Below are positions 26,766 to 36,458 of a DNA stretch of 64,000 nt, one piece after another. The stretch lies in the NCBI GenBank assembly GCA_043809085.1, contig JAZDEG010000028.1:19458-83457 (forward strand), read 5' to 3'. The position numbers and the translations under genes are program-made. Origin of the DNA: Pseudomonadota bacterium (GTDB lineage: Bacteria; Desulfobacterota; Desulfobulbia; Desulfobulbales; SURF-16). Within the stretch, counting starts at the first letter, position 1. Each line of letters begins with the position of its first letter. The notes beneath the pieces were generated by a model. The model ran no database searches. It was not told the DNA's origin and saw only the letters and a program-made list of their open reading frames with translations.

Positions 26766-27079
26766 TGACGAAACAAAAAACACTTTCCAGCAAACAGATA
26801 CGCTATCTCCGCTCTCTCGGCCACCATCTCGTTCCGGTGGCCATGGTGGGACAGCACGGCATGACCAAAGAGGTTCTTGACGCGGTCAAAGTAGTTCTTG
26901 CCTCCCATGAACTGATCAAAGTCAAAATCCAGAACACAGCTTCCCTGGAAAGGCACGAGGCGGCCCAGGCACTTGCAGCCAAAACGGGCGCCGCGCTAAT
27001 CCAGGTTATCGGCCGCAGCGTCCTGCTTTACAAGGCGAATAAGGACATCCGGCCGGACAAAAGAATTATTTTGCCATAA
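26765..27079 (+). CDS. yhbY: Ribosome-assembly RNA-binding protein YhbY (CRM domain)
   Basis: LSSKQIRYLRSLGHHLVPVAMVGQHGMTKEVLDAVKVVLASHELIKVKI...VIGRSVLLYK matches YhbY. The ATG overlaps the upstream stop (TGATG). Confidence 0.85.
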   Translation: MTKQKTLSSKQIRYLRSLGHHLVPVAMVGQHGMTKEVLDAVKVVLASHELIKVKIQNTASLERHEAAQALAAKTGAALIQVIGRSVLLYKANKDIRPDKRIILP

Positions 27080-27096
27080 CAGGTCATTGTTCTGCC

Positions 27097-27951
27097 ATGC
27101 CTTCTCCACGGGAAAAATTCGAAAAAATACTTGCCGGGGATGATTTTCTTCTCATGCCCTGCTGCTACGATGCCCTTTCCGCCCTGCTGATAGAACAGGC
27201 AGGTTTTCCACTCACCTTTATGAGCGGTTTTGCCGTAAGCGCCGCACGCCTCGGGCTGCCCGACACCGGACTCATATCTTTCGGCGAGATGCTCGATCAG
27301 GGCCGCACCATCTGCAGCCGGGTGAAAATCCCGGTCATTGGAGACGCGGACACCGGCTACGGCAATGCCTTGAACGTCAAGAGAACCATCACGGGCTATG
27401 CAACGGCGGGCTTTGCCTGCGCCATGATAGAAGACCAGCTGATGCCGAAAAGGTGTGGCCACACCAGGGGAAAAACGGTTGTGGAAAAAAAGGAGGCTTT
27501 TGCCCGGATTCAGGCTGCGGTTGACGCCAGGGAGGAAGGAGCGGACATCCTCATCATGGCCCGCACCGATGCCAGAACCACCCACGGCATGGGAGAAGCC
27601 CTCGACCGCTGCCGGGGCTTTGTCGACCTGGGAGCTGATATCATTTTTCTTGAGGCCCCTGAGTCAAGGGAAGAGATGGAACGATTCTGCCGGGAAATCC
27701 CCGGCTACAAAATGGCCAACATGCTCCTGCACGGCAAAACCCCCTTGGTTTCTCCCGCTGAACTGACACAAATGGGATTCAAGATCGCCGCCTACCCCCT
27801 CACCCTCATCAGTTCGGCTATTTCGGCGATCCAGCAATCATTGCAGACCCTCAAACAGGGCAATTATCCAGAACATATCGATTTTTCCGCCCTCAGGGAC
27901 ATCGTGGGCTTCAACGACTATTACCGGGAAGAAGAGCGTTATGCCGATTGA
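27097..27951 (+). CDS. Isocitrate lyase/PEP mutase superfamily enzyme (methylisocitrate lyase / carboxyvinyl-carboxyphosphonate phosphorylmutase-like)
   Basis: PVIGDADTGYGNALNV and AMIEDQLMPKRCGHTRGK (KRCGH loop) are signatures of the ICL/PEPM superfamily. Confidence 0.8.
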   Translation: MPSPREKFEKILAGDDFLLMPCCYDALSALLIEQAGFPLTFMSGFAVSAARLGLPDTGLISFGEMLDQGRTICSRVKIPVIGDADTGYGNALNVKRTITGYATAGFACAMIEDQLMPKRCGHTRGKTVVEKKEAFARIQAAVDAREEGADILIMARTDARTTHGMGEALDRCRGFVDLGADIIFLEAPESREEMERFCREIPGYKMANMLLHGKTPLVSPAELTQMGFKIAAYPLTLISSAISAIQQSLQTLKQGNYPEHIDFSALRDIVGFNDYYREEERYAD

Positions 27952-28717
27952 CAGCCGCCCGCTCCTTCTTCTCACCAATGACGACGGCGTTCATGCGCCG
28001 GGGCTGCGATTGCTCTATGAGGGCATGCGCGAACTTTACCGACCGGTTATCGTGGCGCCGGACAGGGACAACAGCGCGGTAAGCCATTCCCTTTCCCTGC
28101 ACCGGCCCCTCATGGTGAAAGAAGTTGAAAACAACATCTTCTCAGTGAACGGGACTCCGGCCGACTGCATCACCCTCGGCCTTGAAAAAATCCTGCCCGC
28201 CAAGCCCGACCTGATCATCTCCGGCATCAATGAAGGGGCGAACCTGGGTCATGACATCAGCTATTCCGGCACCGTTTCCGCGGCAAAAGAGGGAACCATC
28301 CGCGGCGTGCCTTCCATCGCCCTCTCCATTTCAGGCGACGCTCCCTATCATTTTGCAACAGCAGTAAAGTGTGCGGCGAGACTCGCACGACTAATTCTCG
28401 CTCATGGTCTTCCAGCGGACTGTTACCTCAATATCAATGTCCCCAACCTGAAAACAGCGCAGATCGGCGCCATGAAAATCACCTGTCAGGGGCGGCGGAT
28501 GTACGAAAATGCTGTTCAGGAACTTACCGACCCATGGGGGCGCCCCTGTTTCTGGATAGGTGGGGGCAGCCCTTCAAGAGAAAGAGGTCCGGGCACGGAT
28601 TCGTACGAAGTGGAACGCGACTTCATCTCAGTCACCCCGATCCACCTTGACCTGACAAACTACGATGCCCTGGCCGTACTGGAGAAATCCTGGACAGAGA
28701 AACTGAACGAACACTGA
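27941..28717 (+). CDS. surE: 5'/3'-nucleotidase SurE
   Basis: LLLTNDDGVHAPGLRLLYE, GINEGANLGHDISYSGTVSAAKEG. Overlaps the upstream gene by 11 nt. Confidence 0.95.
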   Translation: MPIDSRPLLLLTNDDGVHAPGLRLLYEGMRELYRPVIVAPDRDNSAVSHSLSLHRPLMVKEVENNIFSVNGTPADCITLGLEKILPAKPDLIISGINEGANLGHDISYSGTVSAAKEGTIRGVPSIALSISGDAPYHFATAVKCAARLARLILAHGLPADCYLNINVPNLKTAQIGAMKITCQGRRMYENAVQELTDPWGRPCFWIGGGSPSRERGPGTDSYEVERDFISVTPIHLDLTNYDALAVLEKSWTEKLNEH

Positions 28718-28832
28718 TCCGGCACAAGAATTTTTCCTTGCCGGACTACAGGGGGTGGATTCCAGACATCCCGCCAACTGCCAACCGTAAATCGCTACAG
28801 GCAACCGAACCGGGATCATTGGGAATGACAAT

Positions 28833-29081
28833 TTATTCCCCGGGTATCGCCGCCATCTCTGGCTCTGACGGGGGAATAACGATGGGTGCAGGTTCCGAAT
28901 CAGACACCGCCTGATCTTTTCCCGCTGGGGGAATGGCCGCCATGGCAGGCTCCTCGACAGGGTTTTCAGCCGATGTTTCAGCTTTCCCGTTCTCCACCTG
29001 GTCCATGGCCAAGCATGTCCCACCCCGGGAAAAGACAAGGGCGCAGAGACAGACAAGTATTGCAACTCCTTTGTTTTTCAT
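28833..29081 (-). CDS. Hypothetical small secreted Pro/Glu/Ala-rich protein (82 aa)
   Basis: Signal peptide MKNKGVAILVCLCALVFSRGGTCLA. The mature part is acidic and low-complexity, with a duplicated EEPAMAAIPPAG / SEPEMAAIPGE motif. A GAGGAAAACA RBS precedes the ATG at 29081. Confidence 0.5.
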   Translation of the reverse strand: MKNKGVAILVCLCALVFSRGGTCLAMDQVENGKAETSAENPVEEPAMAAIPPAGKDQAVSDSEPAPIVIPPSEPEMAAIPGE

Positions 29082-29214
29082 GTTTTCCTCATGATCGCAG
29101 AGCAAAGGAGAGGCAACGAGAAAAATTCCCGGCCTCCACACGATCCTTCAACTCCGCTGATTTACGATTCACTGGCTGGACGAGGCTAGAAATCACACGG
29201 TGCCCCGGAAAAGC

Positions 29215-29640
29215 CTATTTATACGGATTAAAGACGAGCACCGGACAGGGTGCGTTTTTCACCACCCGTTCCGCCACGCTGCCCATGACGATTTTCTCAA
29301 ATCCCCTGTAACCGTGGGTGCCTATGATGATCATATCACATTTTCCGGCTGCAGTGACAATGGCATCCACCGTATCACCGATCAGGACATCCCCCTGGCA
29401 TCCGCTGCACCTTCCCTTGGATTCATCGACCAGGGCGATCATTTTCTTTTCCATCCCGGCTTTCAGATCCTCCTCAAACTGAATACTGACAAACCCTTCG
29501 TATGCGGCAGGATTTTCCACCACATTGAGCAGTTGCAGGGAGGCATCAAATTTTTTCGCAAAAAACACCGCAAACTCAATCAATTTTTCCGTATTAACCG
29601 AAAAATCAACCGGCACTAGAATTTTTTTAATCTCAGCCAT
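29215..29640 (-). CDS. Universal stress protein (UspA family)
   Basis: KKILVPVDFS...IIIGTHGYRGFEKIVMGSVAERVVKNAPCPVLV is the classic Usp ATP-binding pattern. Confidence 0.85.
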   Translation of the reverse strand: MAEIKKILVPVDFSVNTEKLIEFAVFFAKKFDASLQLLNVVENPAAYEGFVSIQFEEDLKAGMEKKMIALVDESKGRCSGCQGDVLIGDTVDAIVTAAGKCDMIIIGTHGYRGFEKIVMGSVAERVVKNAPCPVLVFNPYK

Positions 29641-29801
29641 GTCATTTCCTCCTCATTTCATCATTTTTTCAGACTCCTGAAAAACAAAACCTCATAAAAA
29701 ATATTAGCAAAAACAACTCATGCGTGTATAGGAATTTTTTAGATGCAATCCTTTCATTTTATGGCATAATTATAAGTTTTTAAGAACAAATTACAATCAT
29801 C

Positions 29802-30527
29802 ATGACAAAAGATATCATCTACCGAAACGACCTTCCGTCAGCGGATTTCACCTTCAATGCCGGGGTGGCCGATGTTTTTGACGACATGCTGCAACGCTCT
29901 GTTCCCTGCTACCGGCAGGTCATCGACATGGTCGCCGCGCTTCTTGCCCGATTTGTCGGTCATGGGGAAACGATTTGCGACCTCGGCTGTTCCACCGGCA
30001 CCACCCTGATGGAACTTTCCCGCCTCCTTGCCCCTTTTGGCCTGAACTTTATCGGCATTGACAATTCAGCGCCTATGATCGACAAGGCGCAGCTCAAGGC
30101 CAAAATGCTTTCCCGCACCGACCGGGTGCACTTTATCTGCGGCGATATCGCTGAAACCGATCTACCGCCGTGCCGGGCTTTTATTATAAACTATACCCTC
30201 CAGTTCATCCGCCCCATGATCAGAAAAACATTCCTCACCAGGCTTCATGATGCGCTTCTTCCGGGCGGAGTCGTCATTATCAGCGAAAAAATCATCTTCC
30301 ATGACCCTTTGCTCAACCGCGCCTTTATCGACTTCTACCATGACTTCAAAAAAAGCCAGGGCTACACGGAAACGGAAATAGCCAGAAAACGGGAGGCCCT
30401 GGAAAACGTATTGATTCCCTTTTCCACCGGCGAAAACATCCAGCTCCTGCGCGATGCCGGATTTTCCCATGTGGAACCTTTTTTCCAGTGGTTTAACTTT
30501 GCCTCCTATATTGCCATGAAGGACTAA
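29802..30527 (+). CDS. cmoA: Carboxy-S-adenosyl-L-methionine synthase
   Basis: Collinear with E. coli CmoA throughout (FDDMLQRSVPCY, DLGCSTG, IDNSAPMI, NYTLQF, YHDFKKSQGYTETEIARKREALENVL, FQWFNFASYIAMK). Confidence 0.95.
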   Translation: MTKDIIYRNDLPSADFTFNAGVADVFDDMLQRSVPCYRQVIDMVAALLARFVGHGETICDLGCSTGTTLMELSRLLAPFGLNFIGIDNSAPMIDKAQLKAKMLSRTDRVHFICGDIAETDLPPCRAFIINYTLQFIRPMIRKTFLTRLHDALLPGGVVIISEKIIFHDPLLNRAFIDFYHDFKKSQGYTETEIARKREALENVLIPFSTGENIQLLRDAGFSHVEPFFQWFNFASYIAMKD

Positions 30528-31496
30528 ATGATGGAAAACGATCAGGAATATCTCCACCTCATGGCCAAAGCCTCTCGGGAAGAAATTCTTTCCCTGCGGC
30601 GTGAAAACAGAAAAAAACTCCTGAGCAGGAAAAAAGGGTTTCTCTCCTATCGAACCGCCTATGAATCCGTCTGCGGGCTGCGGGCGTCTACCCTCGATCT
30701 TTCCGGTGATGTCGTGCGGGTAGGCGAAGAAAAAGACATCAGCCCGGAGGAACAGGAGCGTGTCCACAAGGTTCTGCGGGGCTTCATGCCTTGGCGCAAG
30801 GGACCTTTCCAGATTTTCGGCATTGATATTGACGCGGAATGGCAAAGTTTCCGCAAATGGGATCGGCTCAAGGCCGTATTACCCGACTTGAACGGCAAAA
30901 TCATTGCCGATGTCGGCTGCAACAACGGTTATTACATGTTCCGCATGGCTCACCACAAGCCGCTTGCGGTCATCGGCTTTGAACCATACCACCATCACTA
31001 CTTCACCTTCCGCACATTGAACAGCTTCGCTGGACTCGACAACCTCCACCTCGAACTCCTCGGCGTCGAGCATATGACTCTTTTTGAAGAGAGCTTTGAT
31101 GTGGTCTTTCTCATGGGGGTTATCTACCACCGGATCTCGCCGGTTGAGATGCTCAGAGATGTGCGGAAAAGCATGAAACCGGGGGGAACCCTCATTCTGG
31201 AATCACAGGCCATACCGGGTGATGATCCGGTGGCGCTTTTTCCGGCCGAGCGTTACGCCAAGGTGCCGGGAACCTATTTTGTGCCCACCGCGGCCTGCGT
31301 CAAAAACTGGCTGACCCGGACCGGCTTTACTGATGTGGAAATCTTCTGCAGCCACCCTATGAACAGCACGGAGCAACGACGCACCGACTGGATGGTTTTT
31401 GAGTCCTATGGAGACTTTATCGACCCTGACAATCCCACGCTGACCGTTGAAGGGTACCCGGCGCCACTACGAATCTTTGTCAAGGCCACAGCCTAG
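30528..31496 (+). CDS. cmoB: tRNA U34 carboxymethyltransferase
   Basis: PWRKGPFQIFGIDIDAEWQSFRKWDR, DVGCNNGYYMFRM, GVIYHRISPVEML, TVEGYPAPLR match CmoB. It starts directly after the cmoA stop. Confidence 0.95.
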   Translation: MMENDQEYLHLMAKASREEILSLRRENRKKLLSRKKGFLSYRTAYESVCGLRASTLDLSGDVVRVGEEKDISPEEQERVHKVLRGFMPWRKGPFQIFGIDIDAEWQSFRKWDRLKAVLPDLNGKIIADVGCNNGYYMFRMAHHKPLAVIGFEPYHHHYFTFRTLNSFAGLDNLHLELLGVEHMTLFEESFDVVFLMGVIYHRISPVEMLRDVRKSMKPGGTLILESQAIPGDDPVALFPAERYAKVPGTYFVPTAACVKNWLTRTGFTDVEIFCSHPMNSTEQRRTDWMVFESYGDFIDPDNPTLTVEGYPAPLRIFVKATA

Positions 31497-31531
31497 CCCG
31501 TCAATTCCTGATGACATGAACACCTCTGTTG

Positions 31532-31921
31532 TCAGCGATCTTTCCCGACGCTTTTTACTGAAATACGCTCGACGATTTTCCGGTAGTAGTCTTCCTGGGA
31601 GGCGATATTTGTCCCGCCCTTGCGCATGGCATCCACTTTTATCAGCAGGAGATTGAGTTTTTTCATCTGTTTAAGCCGAACATGCTCGTCCTCGGTTGCG
31701 GCAATAAGTTCCTCAAGCTGCCGGATCTCCTTTTTGGTCTCGATTTCGGGCGGCAGATAACCGGCATTTTTCAGAATTTTATAGGCCATTTTCAGATCAT
31801 CCGGCACATGGGGATCATCATCCTCCGGCAAAGGCTTATTCTTCCATTTTTCAAAAGTCAGCGATCCATCCTCTATGGCCTGACTTATTCTTCTTTCGGC
31901 AATGCGGGTCAACGGATTCAT
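31532..31921 (-). CDS. DUF1992 / DnaJ-C28-like domain protein
   Basis: RIAERRISQAIEDGSLTFEKWKNKPLPEDDDPHVPDDLKMAYKILKNAGYLPPEIE is the characteristic N-terminal pattern of the DUF1992 family. Confidence 0.7.
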   Translation of the reverse strand: MNPLTRIAERRISQAIEDGSLTFEKWKNKPLPEDDDPHVPDDLKMAYKILKNAGYLPPEIETKKEIRQLEELIAATEDEHVRLKQMKKLNLLLIKVDAMRKGGTNIASQEDYYRKIVERISVKSVGKDR

Positions 31922-31988
31922 GGGATTACGCAGAGTGCAAGGATGCGGTTAACTTCATATTTTTAGTCACGGATCTGGTTCAGAACAA

Positions 31989-33104
31989 TCAGGAATGGCG
32001 CAACTCATGCCCTATTGCCATTCTCGGCTTTCCGGCAACATAATCAATCTCAACCCCCTGCAGGAGCTGCAGTCCGGCCAGACGATCCAGATAATATCGT
32101 TTCCTGCCGTAAAGCAAAGAACGGTCAGAATCAGACAGCAGAAGTTTTATTGTACCGTTGCCCCGCTCCTTTTGCAAGCAACCGAGACGGCTTCGCAGAC
32201 GTCTGAAATAAAGCCGGGCCTGCACCAGTTCACCAAACGCAGGATGATAGGGCCCTGCCAGAAGCTCCCTTTCCAGGGACGGGGTCGGCTGCAATCCCAT
32301 GCGGACAATGGGAATGGAGGCCTGATCAAAAATCTCTTTCATGCGTGAGCAGAGTGCCACCGCCCGGGGCAGCGGCAGGGGACGGTAGTGCCCGGTCTCG
32401 AGCAGTGCGGCCAGAGGGCTTCCCTTTAGCACCAGGGTTGGATAAATACGCACCAGATCGGGGCGTAAAGCAACCAGAAGACGAGCCCCGGCAAGCACCC
32501 GTCCTGATTTTTCTCCGGGCAGCCCCACCATGAGCTGGCCGCCCACCCCAATCCCGGCCCCGCGCAAATGGGAAAAGGCATTCTCCACCTGCCCAATGCC
32601 ATGCCCCCGCCGACACAACTCAAGGACAACAGGATCAAAAGACTGAATACCGAGTTCCACCAGCCCTACTCCACTGTTCTTCAAAAAAAGGGCGATCTCC
32701 TCGTCAACATAATCAGGCCGGGTGGAAAGCCTGATGAAATCCACCTCGCCCCTTTGCAGAAAAGGACGGACCGCTCCCAGCAGTTCCTCCTGTCGGCTGC
32801 GGTCAAGACCGGTGAAACTACCGCCGTAAAAAGCGACCTGCACCGGCCGCAGAGTGTTCCTTGGACGAGCAAGAGTCTGGCTGATTTCATCAGCGACCAC
32901 CTCCCCGCTCACACTGGTCTGCCCGGAACTGCCGGTTATGGCATGCTGGTTACAGAACACACACTGGTGGGGACAACCCTGATGGGAGATAAAAAAAGGG
33001 ATAACATATGGAGCCGGGATTGACGATTTATCCCTTCCGCCTTTCACCCTTTGCGCTTTTTCCCTCACCGTGCTCGTTCCTTTCCGCAAAAAGTTTGAGG
33101 CCAT
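31989..33104 (-). CDS. Radical SAM protein (Elp3-like subgroup, function unknown)
   Basis: Cx3Cx2C cluster motif in FFISHQGCPHQCVFCNQ, followed by TIM-barrel-like segments (VAFYGGSFTG, RLSTRPD, ELGIQS). Confidence 0.8.
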   Translation of the reverse strand: MASNFLRKGTSTVREKAQRVKGGRDKSSIPAPYVIPFFISHQGCPHQCVFCNQHAITGSSGQTSVSGEVVADEISQTLARPRNTLRPVQVAFYGGSFTGLDRSRQEELLGAVRPFLQRGEVDFIRLSTRPDYVDEEIALFLKNSGVGLVELGIQSFDPVVLELCRRGHGIGQVENAFSHLRGAGIGVGGQLMVGLPGEKSGRVLAGARLLVALRPDLVRIYPTLVLKGSPLAALLETGHYRPLPLPRAVALCSRMKEIFDQASIPIVRMGLQPTPSLERELLAGPYHPAFGELVQARLYFRRLRSRLGCLQKERGNGTIKLLLSDSDRSLLYGRKRYYLDRLAGLQLLQGVEIDYVAGKPRMAIGHELRHS

Positions 33105-33209
33105 CCTGTCGAAATGCTATTCCATATCAAGAGCTGGATAAACATCCCATTCACCGGAGATCTCACATGGCAAAAAATATGCCAAAGTGCTGACCAGATT
33201 GAAGAAAAA

Positions 33210-33941
33210 CTACAGGCCAAAAGTGTCAAAATCCCTGACCGCCGCCGCCGCCGCCAGCTGTTCTGCTTCCTTTTTACTGCTGGCGGAACCTGTGGCCAGA
33301 ACTTTTTCCTGAAATCTAACCGATACATGAAAGAACTTTGCATGGTCCGGTCCCTCCGTCTTTTCCAGCACATAAACAGGCCCTTCGTTATATCTGGCCT
33401 GAATCATCTCCTGCAGTCTGCTCTTTGAGTCCGCCAGATACATGTCCTCCTTTTTCTCATGGAAACAGGGGACAAAAAGTTTTTCCACCACAGCCATGGC
33501 CGTATCGTAGCCGCCATCGAGAAAAACCGCCCCCATCACCGCTTCAAAAGCAGAGGAAAGAATGGATGGTTTTTCCCTTCCCCTGGAGGCGTTTTCTCCT
33601 TTGCCGAGCAGCAGATGGTCTCCCATGACGAGCGACCTGGCCATTTCAGCCAGATGCCCTTCCTGAACAAGGGCTGCCCGCAAGCGGGTCAACTCACCCT
33701 CTTTCATCGCGGGGTAATGCCTGATCAACCCATAGCCGACGGCCAGATCAAGCACCGCGTCACCGAGAAACTCGAGGGTTTCATTATCGCAGTCCAGGTC
33801 CTGCCCCTGTTCAAAGGCATATGAACTGTGGATAAAGGCCCGCTGCAATAAAGCCTGGTCCTTGAAACGATAAGTCAATCTGTCCTCAAACTGACCGAGC
33901 TGATGCTTATTTCTTTTTACCAATGCTTCGAGTGTTGTCAT
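33210..33941 (-). CDS. rnc: Ribonuclease III
   Basis: RNase III signature NETLEFLGDAVLDLAV, catalytic SSAFEAVMGAVFLDGG, and C-terminal dsRBD (GPDHAKFFHV...GSASSKKEAEQLAA). ATG at 33941. Confidence 0.95.
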   Translation of the reverse strand: MTTLEALVKRNKHQLGQFEDRLTYRFKDQALLQRAFIHSSYAFEQGQDLDCDNETLEFLGDAVLDLAVGYGLIRHYPAMKEGELTRLRAALVQEGHLAEMARSLVMGDHLLLGKGENASRGREKPSILSSAFEAVMGAVFLDGGYDTAMAVVEKLFVPCFHEKKEDMYLADSKSRLQEMIQARYNEGPVYVLEKTEGPDHAKFFHVSVRFQEKVLATGSASSKKEAEQLAAAAAVRDFDTFGL

Positions 33942-34121
33942 ATTGCTTAATAAACAAACAGAAGTGAAAAGGCTTTTAAACATTAAGCCTTCTCCCTTAT
34001 GCCTGTTGTTTTTCCTCAGCGCAAATAATGCAAGTCATAGGCTTTTTAAACCCGGCCCCATATTTTACTTGTCAAAAAAAAGTTCTCTGTTTATTATCGG
34101 TTGCTCAACATCACAAAGAAC

Positions 34122-34197
34122 GGCGGCGTAGCCAAGTGGCTAAGGCAGTGGTCTGCAAAACCATTATTCAGCGGTTCAAATCCGCTCGCCGCCTCCA
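34122..34197 (+). tRNA. tRNA-Cys (anticodon GCA)
   Basis: Hand-folded cloverleaf. Acceptor GGCGGCG/CGCCGCC. Anticodon stem GTGGT/ACCAT with loop CTGCAAA. T-arm AGCGG-TTCAAAT-CCGCT. Discriminator U73 (typical for Cys). The 3' CCA is encoded. Confidence 0.9.
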
Positions 34198-34204
34198 TTC
34201 TTTC

Positions 34205-34231
34205 AAGGCAACATTTTCGTTGCCTTTTTTT
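34205..34231 (+). terminator. Rho-independent terminator after tRNA-Cys
   Basis: An 8-bp stem (aaggcaac / gttgcctt) with a 6-nt loop, followed by a T-run. Confidence 0.65.
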
Positions 34232-34257
34232 ATTGGTGAATCCCCATATATTCCAAT

Positions 34258-34285
34258 AAAAAATCCGGCTCCATCAGCCGGATTT
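34258..34285 (-). terminator. Rho-independent terminator after the cheZ-like gene
   Basis: Stem aaatccggct / agccggattt (34261-34270 / 34276-34285) with a 5-nt loop. On the minus strand it is followed by a U-run (A-run ending 34263). Confidence 0.6.
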
Positions 34286-34312
34286 CCCCCCGATGCTCTT
34301 TCCAGACGCTGC

Positions 34313-35866
34313 TCAGAAACCCATTTCCTCAAGCATCCTGTTCACCGTATCCTGATCCAGCACACCGTGCTCTTCCTTGCTGCTGCCCGTCAGCCGTTTA
34401 ATATAGTTGTCCACATCTCCCTGGGCAAGTTTTTTGCTTTCTTCCAGAGAGATATTCCGGTTCTTTTCCTTGTATTTCAGCTTGGAACCGAAGGATACCA
34501 CCAGCGCCAGCAGCTGCACCTGGAAATCGCTGAGCAGCTTGATAATCTTCATGATCTGCTGCCCGGAAAGATCTTGAAAACTGAGGGCCTCGGTAATTTG
34601 GGAAACATCACCGCTGATGGTAGAGGCAACGGCAAAAGCATCTTCGATGCGCTGAAAAATCTGCTTCTGGTCTTCCAGGGTCATGGGGCTGCTGCCCGTT
34701 GGTTGCTGAACCACCTTGGTTTTTCCAGGCAATTCCGCCAGCTGTCCCAGAGATTGCGCCAGCAGAGTTTCAATCTCCTCCAGGCGGGGATCGGGTTCAA
34801 CCGGGGCGGCCTGCTGCGCCTGCTGGTCGGATTTCACCTCAATCTCGATCTCTTCGGTGGGAGGCACCTCCAGGGGGATAGTCTGATCGAGAAAAATCGA
34901 GCTCTGGCCTGCATCCATCTTTTTCAGCAGATTACCGATCCCTTTATCCTTACAGGCCTTGGCAAGTGACGAAAACACATCGGACATGGGAACCGTGTAA
35001 AAATTATCAGTGTCAGCCTGATATTCCGCCGCCTTGGGGGAGATGGCCTCATAAAAAGCATCAAGAACAAAAATTTCGCCCGCCTTCTGCCGGGCCCCGG
35101 TTATGTGCTCCTTCACGGTTTCATTGGTGCAGAGTTCGTACAGGGTCTGGAATATCACATCAAGATCAAACAGATAGCGAATTTTCTTCTCTTTCTCGAC
35201 TTCAGGCGGCGGAAGCGGCATCTCAACAGCAGCGCTCCGCATGCCGGCGACCAGTTCAAGGGCCTGACTTATCTGCGCCTGCAGCGCCTCGACCTCCGGA
35301 TCAATCGGAGATTCTTCTTCAACAACGGCATCCTGCTCCATGGACGAATCAATGGCAAAAGCGGGGTGATCACGCAGTGAGGAAAGCAGCTCCTTGACGC
35401 CAGTGGTGTGGATCTGGACGTCCTCGACTTTGTCCATGATCCTCATGGCAGCTTTTTCGGTCATTTCCACCACATCCCTGAGCTGGCTTTTGGCGTCTTC
35501 GATCTTGTCCCCCGCCTCATCAAGCTCAACCCTTTTCTGCAAACGGTCTTCCGCCGGGATATCCATCAGGGTTGAACTCAAACTCTTGGCGAGATTGCCA
35601 ATGTCACGGTAGATATCGCTTGATATTTCCCGATAAAAATCATCACCGCCTCCAGCGGACAGCCCCTGAGAAACTGCGCTCATCGCTGTTTCATCAAAAG
35701 CCGGCTCCTGTTCTTTTTCCTTTTCGACAACCCTCTCAACGACCCGGGTAACGGAGGTTTCCTGGCCGCCCAACAGGGTGATATTGTAATTCGCCTCAGT
35801 GGTGGGAATCCTGAAAAACCCGGCGCCTATTTCAAGGTATATTTCCGGTTTATTACTCGTCGCCAT
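34313..35866 (-). CDS. CheZ-family CheY-P phosphatase-like protein, long form (517 aa)
   Basis: Catalytic-helix motif ALSFQDLSGQQIMKII (cf. CheZ FQDLTGQ with Asp/Gln 4 residues apart). CheZ-like C-terminal CheY-binding tail LDQDTVNRMLEEMGF. An N-terminal helix TEKAAMRIMDKVEDV resembles the CheZ hairpin. Confidence 0.6.
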   Translation of the reverse strand: MATSNKPEIYLEIGAGFFRIPTTEANYNITLLGGQETSVTRVVERVVEKEKEQEPAFDETAMSAVSQGLSAGGGDDFYREISSDIYRDIGNLAKSLSSTLMDIPAEDRLQKRVELDEAGDKIEDAKSQLRDVVEMTEKAAMRIMDKVEDVQIHTTGVKELLSSLRDHPAFAIDSSMEQDAVVEEESPIDPEVEALQAQISQALELVAGMRSAAVEMPLPPPEVEKEKKIRYLFDLDVIFQTLYELCTNETVKEHITGARQKAGEIFVLDAFYEAISPKAAEYQADTDNFYTVPMSDVFSSLAKACKDKGIGNLLKKMDAGQSSIFLDQTIPLEVPPTEEIEIEVKSDQQAQQAAPVEPDPRLEEIETLLAQSLGQLAELPGKTKVVQQPTGSSPMTLEDQKQIFQRIEDAFAVASTISGDVSQITEALSFQDLSGQQIMKIIKLLSDFQVQLLALVVSFGSKLKYKEKNRNISLEESKKLAQGDVDNYIKRLTGSSKEEHGVLDQDTVNRMLEEMGF

Positions 35867-35902
35867 TTTTTTACCCTTTAATCATTGTTGGACTGACAAA
35901 AA

Positions 35903-36274
35903 TTAAAAATGCTGTTGAACCCTGGCCGTGAACCTGACTCCGATTTCAAACTGATCGTCATGGACCGTTTCAGCCGCCCACATGACGGTCCCAACCACCA
36001 GCATGCTGCCGCAATCTTCCTTTCTGAAAGTTGCGACACATTCTTCTCCGCTTATCCGCCATCCGTTGAAATCAAGCTTCATCAGCAGCTGGTCGCTCTT
36101 GTGCCATTGACACGAAGAAAGAAAACGGACGCCCCCTGCGCCGATATCAAGGATCAGTCCCTGATCACCAAGACTCACGTTGACCAGATCCTCAAACAGG
36201 GAGTAGCGGAAAACAATCTCCTTCTCCAGCCTGTCATATTTCCGCCGTTCGGCAACCACCGCAATTTCGTCCAC
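35903..36274 (-). CDS. PilZ domain protein (123 aa)
   Basis: RRKYDR ... DIGAGGVRF are the two c-di-GMP-binding PilZ motifs. GTG start at 36274 with an AGGAGG RBS 5 nt upstream. Confidence 0.75.
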   Translation of the reverse strand: MDEIAVVAERRKYDRLEKEIVFRYSLFEDLVNVSLGDQGLILDIGAGGVRFLSSCQWHKSDQLLMKLDFNGWRISGEECVATFRKEDCGSMLVVGTVMWAAETVHDDQFEIGVRFTARVQQHF

Positions 36275-36336
36275 TTATCCTCCTGTTTTTCCATTTCCAG
36301 AGAGATTGTCACCAACATGTTACGAAAATTTCATTT

Positions 36337-36371
36337 AAAAAATCAAGCAATTACCGACAAATTTATTGCTT
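36337..36371 (-). terminator. Probable Rho-independent terminator after motA
   Basis: A 7-bp stem (aagcaat 36345-36351 / attgctt 36365-36371) with a 13-nt loop. On the minus strand it is followed by GA + UUUUUU. Confidence 0.45.
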
Positions 36372-36458
36372 TCCCCGCAACACATTCTGACGGGGACGGG
36401 ACAAGATCCGGTCGCAACAATCCAATACGTTGATATTATTAATTAAAATAATATTTGA

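Noticed and set aside
34122-34312. tRNA-Cys as a potential genomic-island integration site.
   Set aside because: No integrase, phage or transposase genes lie on either side. The flanking genes (rnc, cheZ-like) look like core chromosome. I noticed no duplicated tRNA 3'-end.
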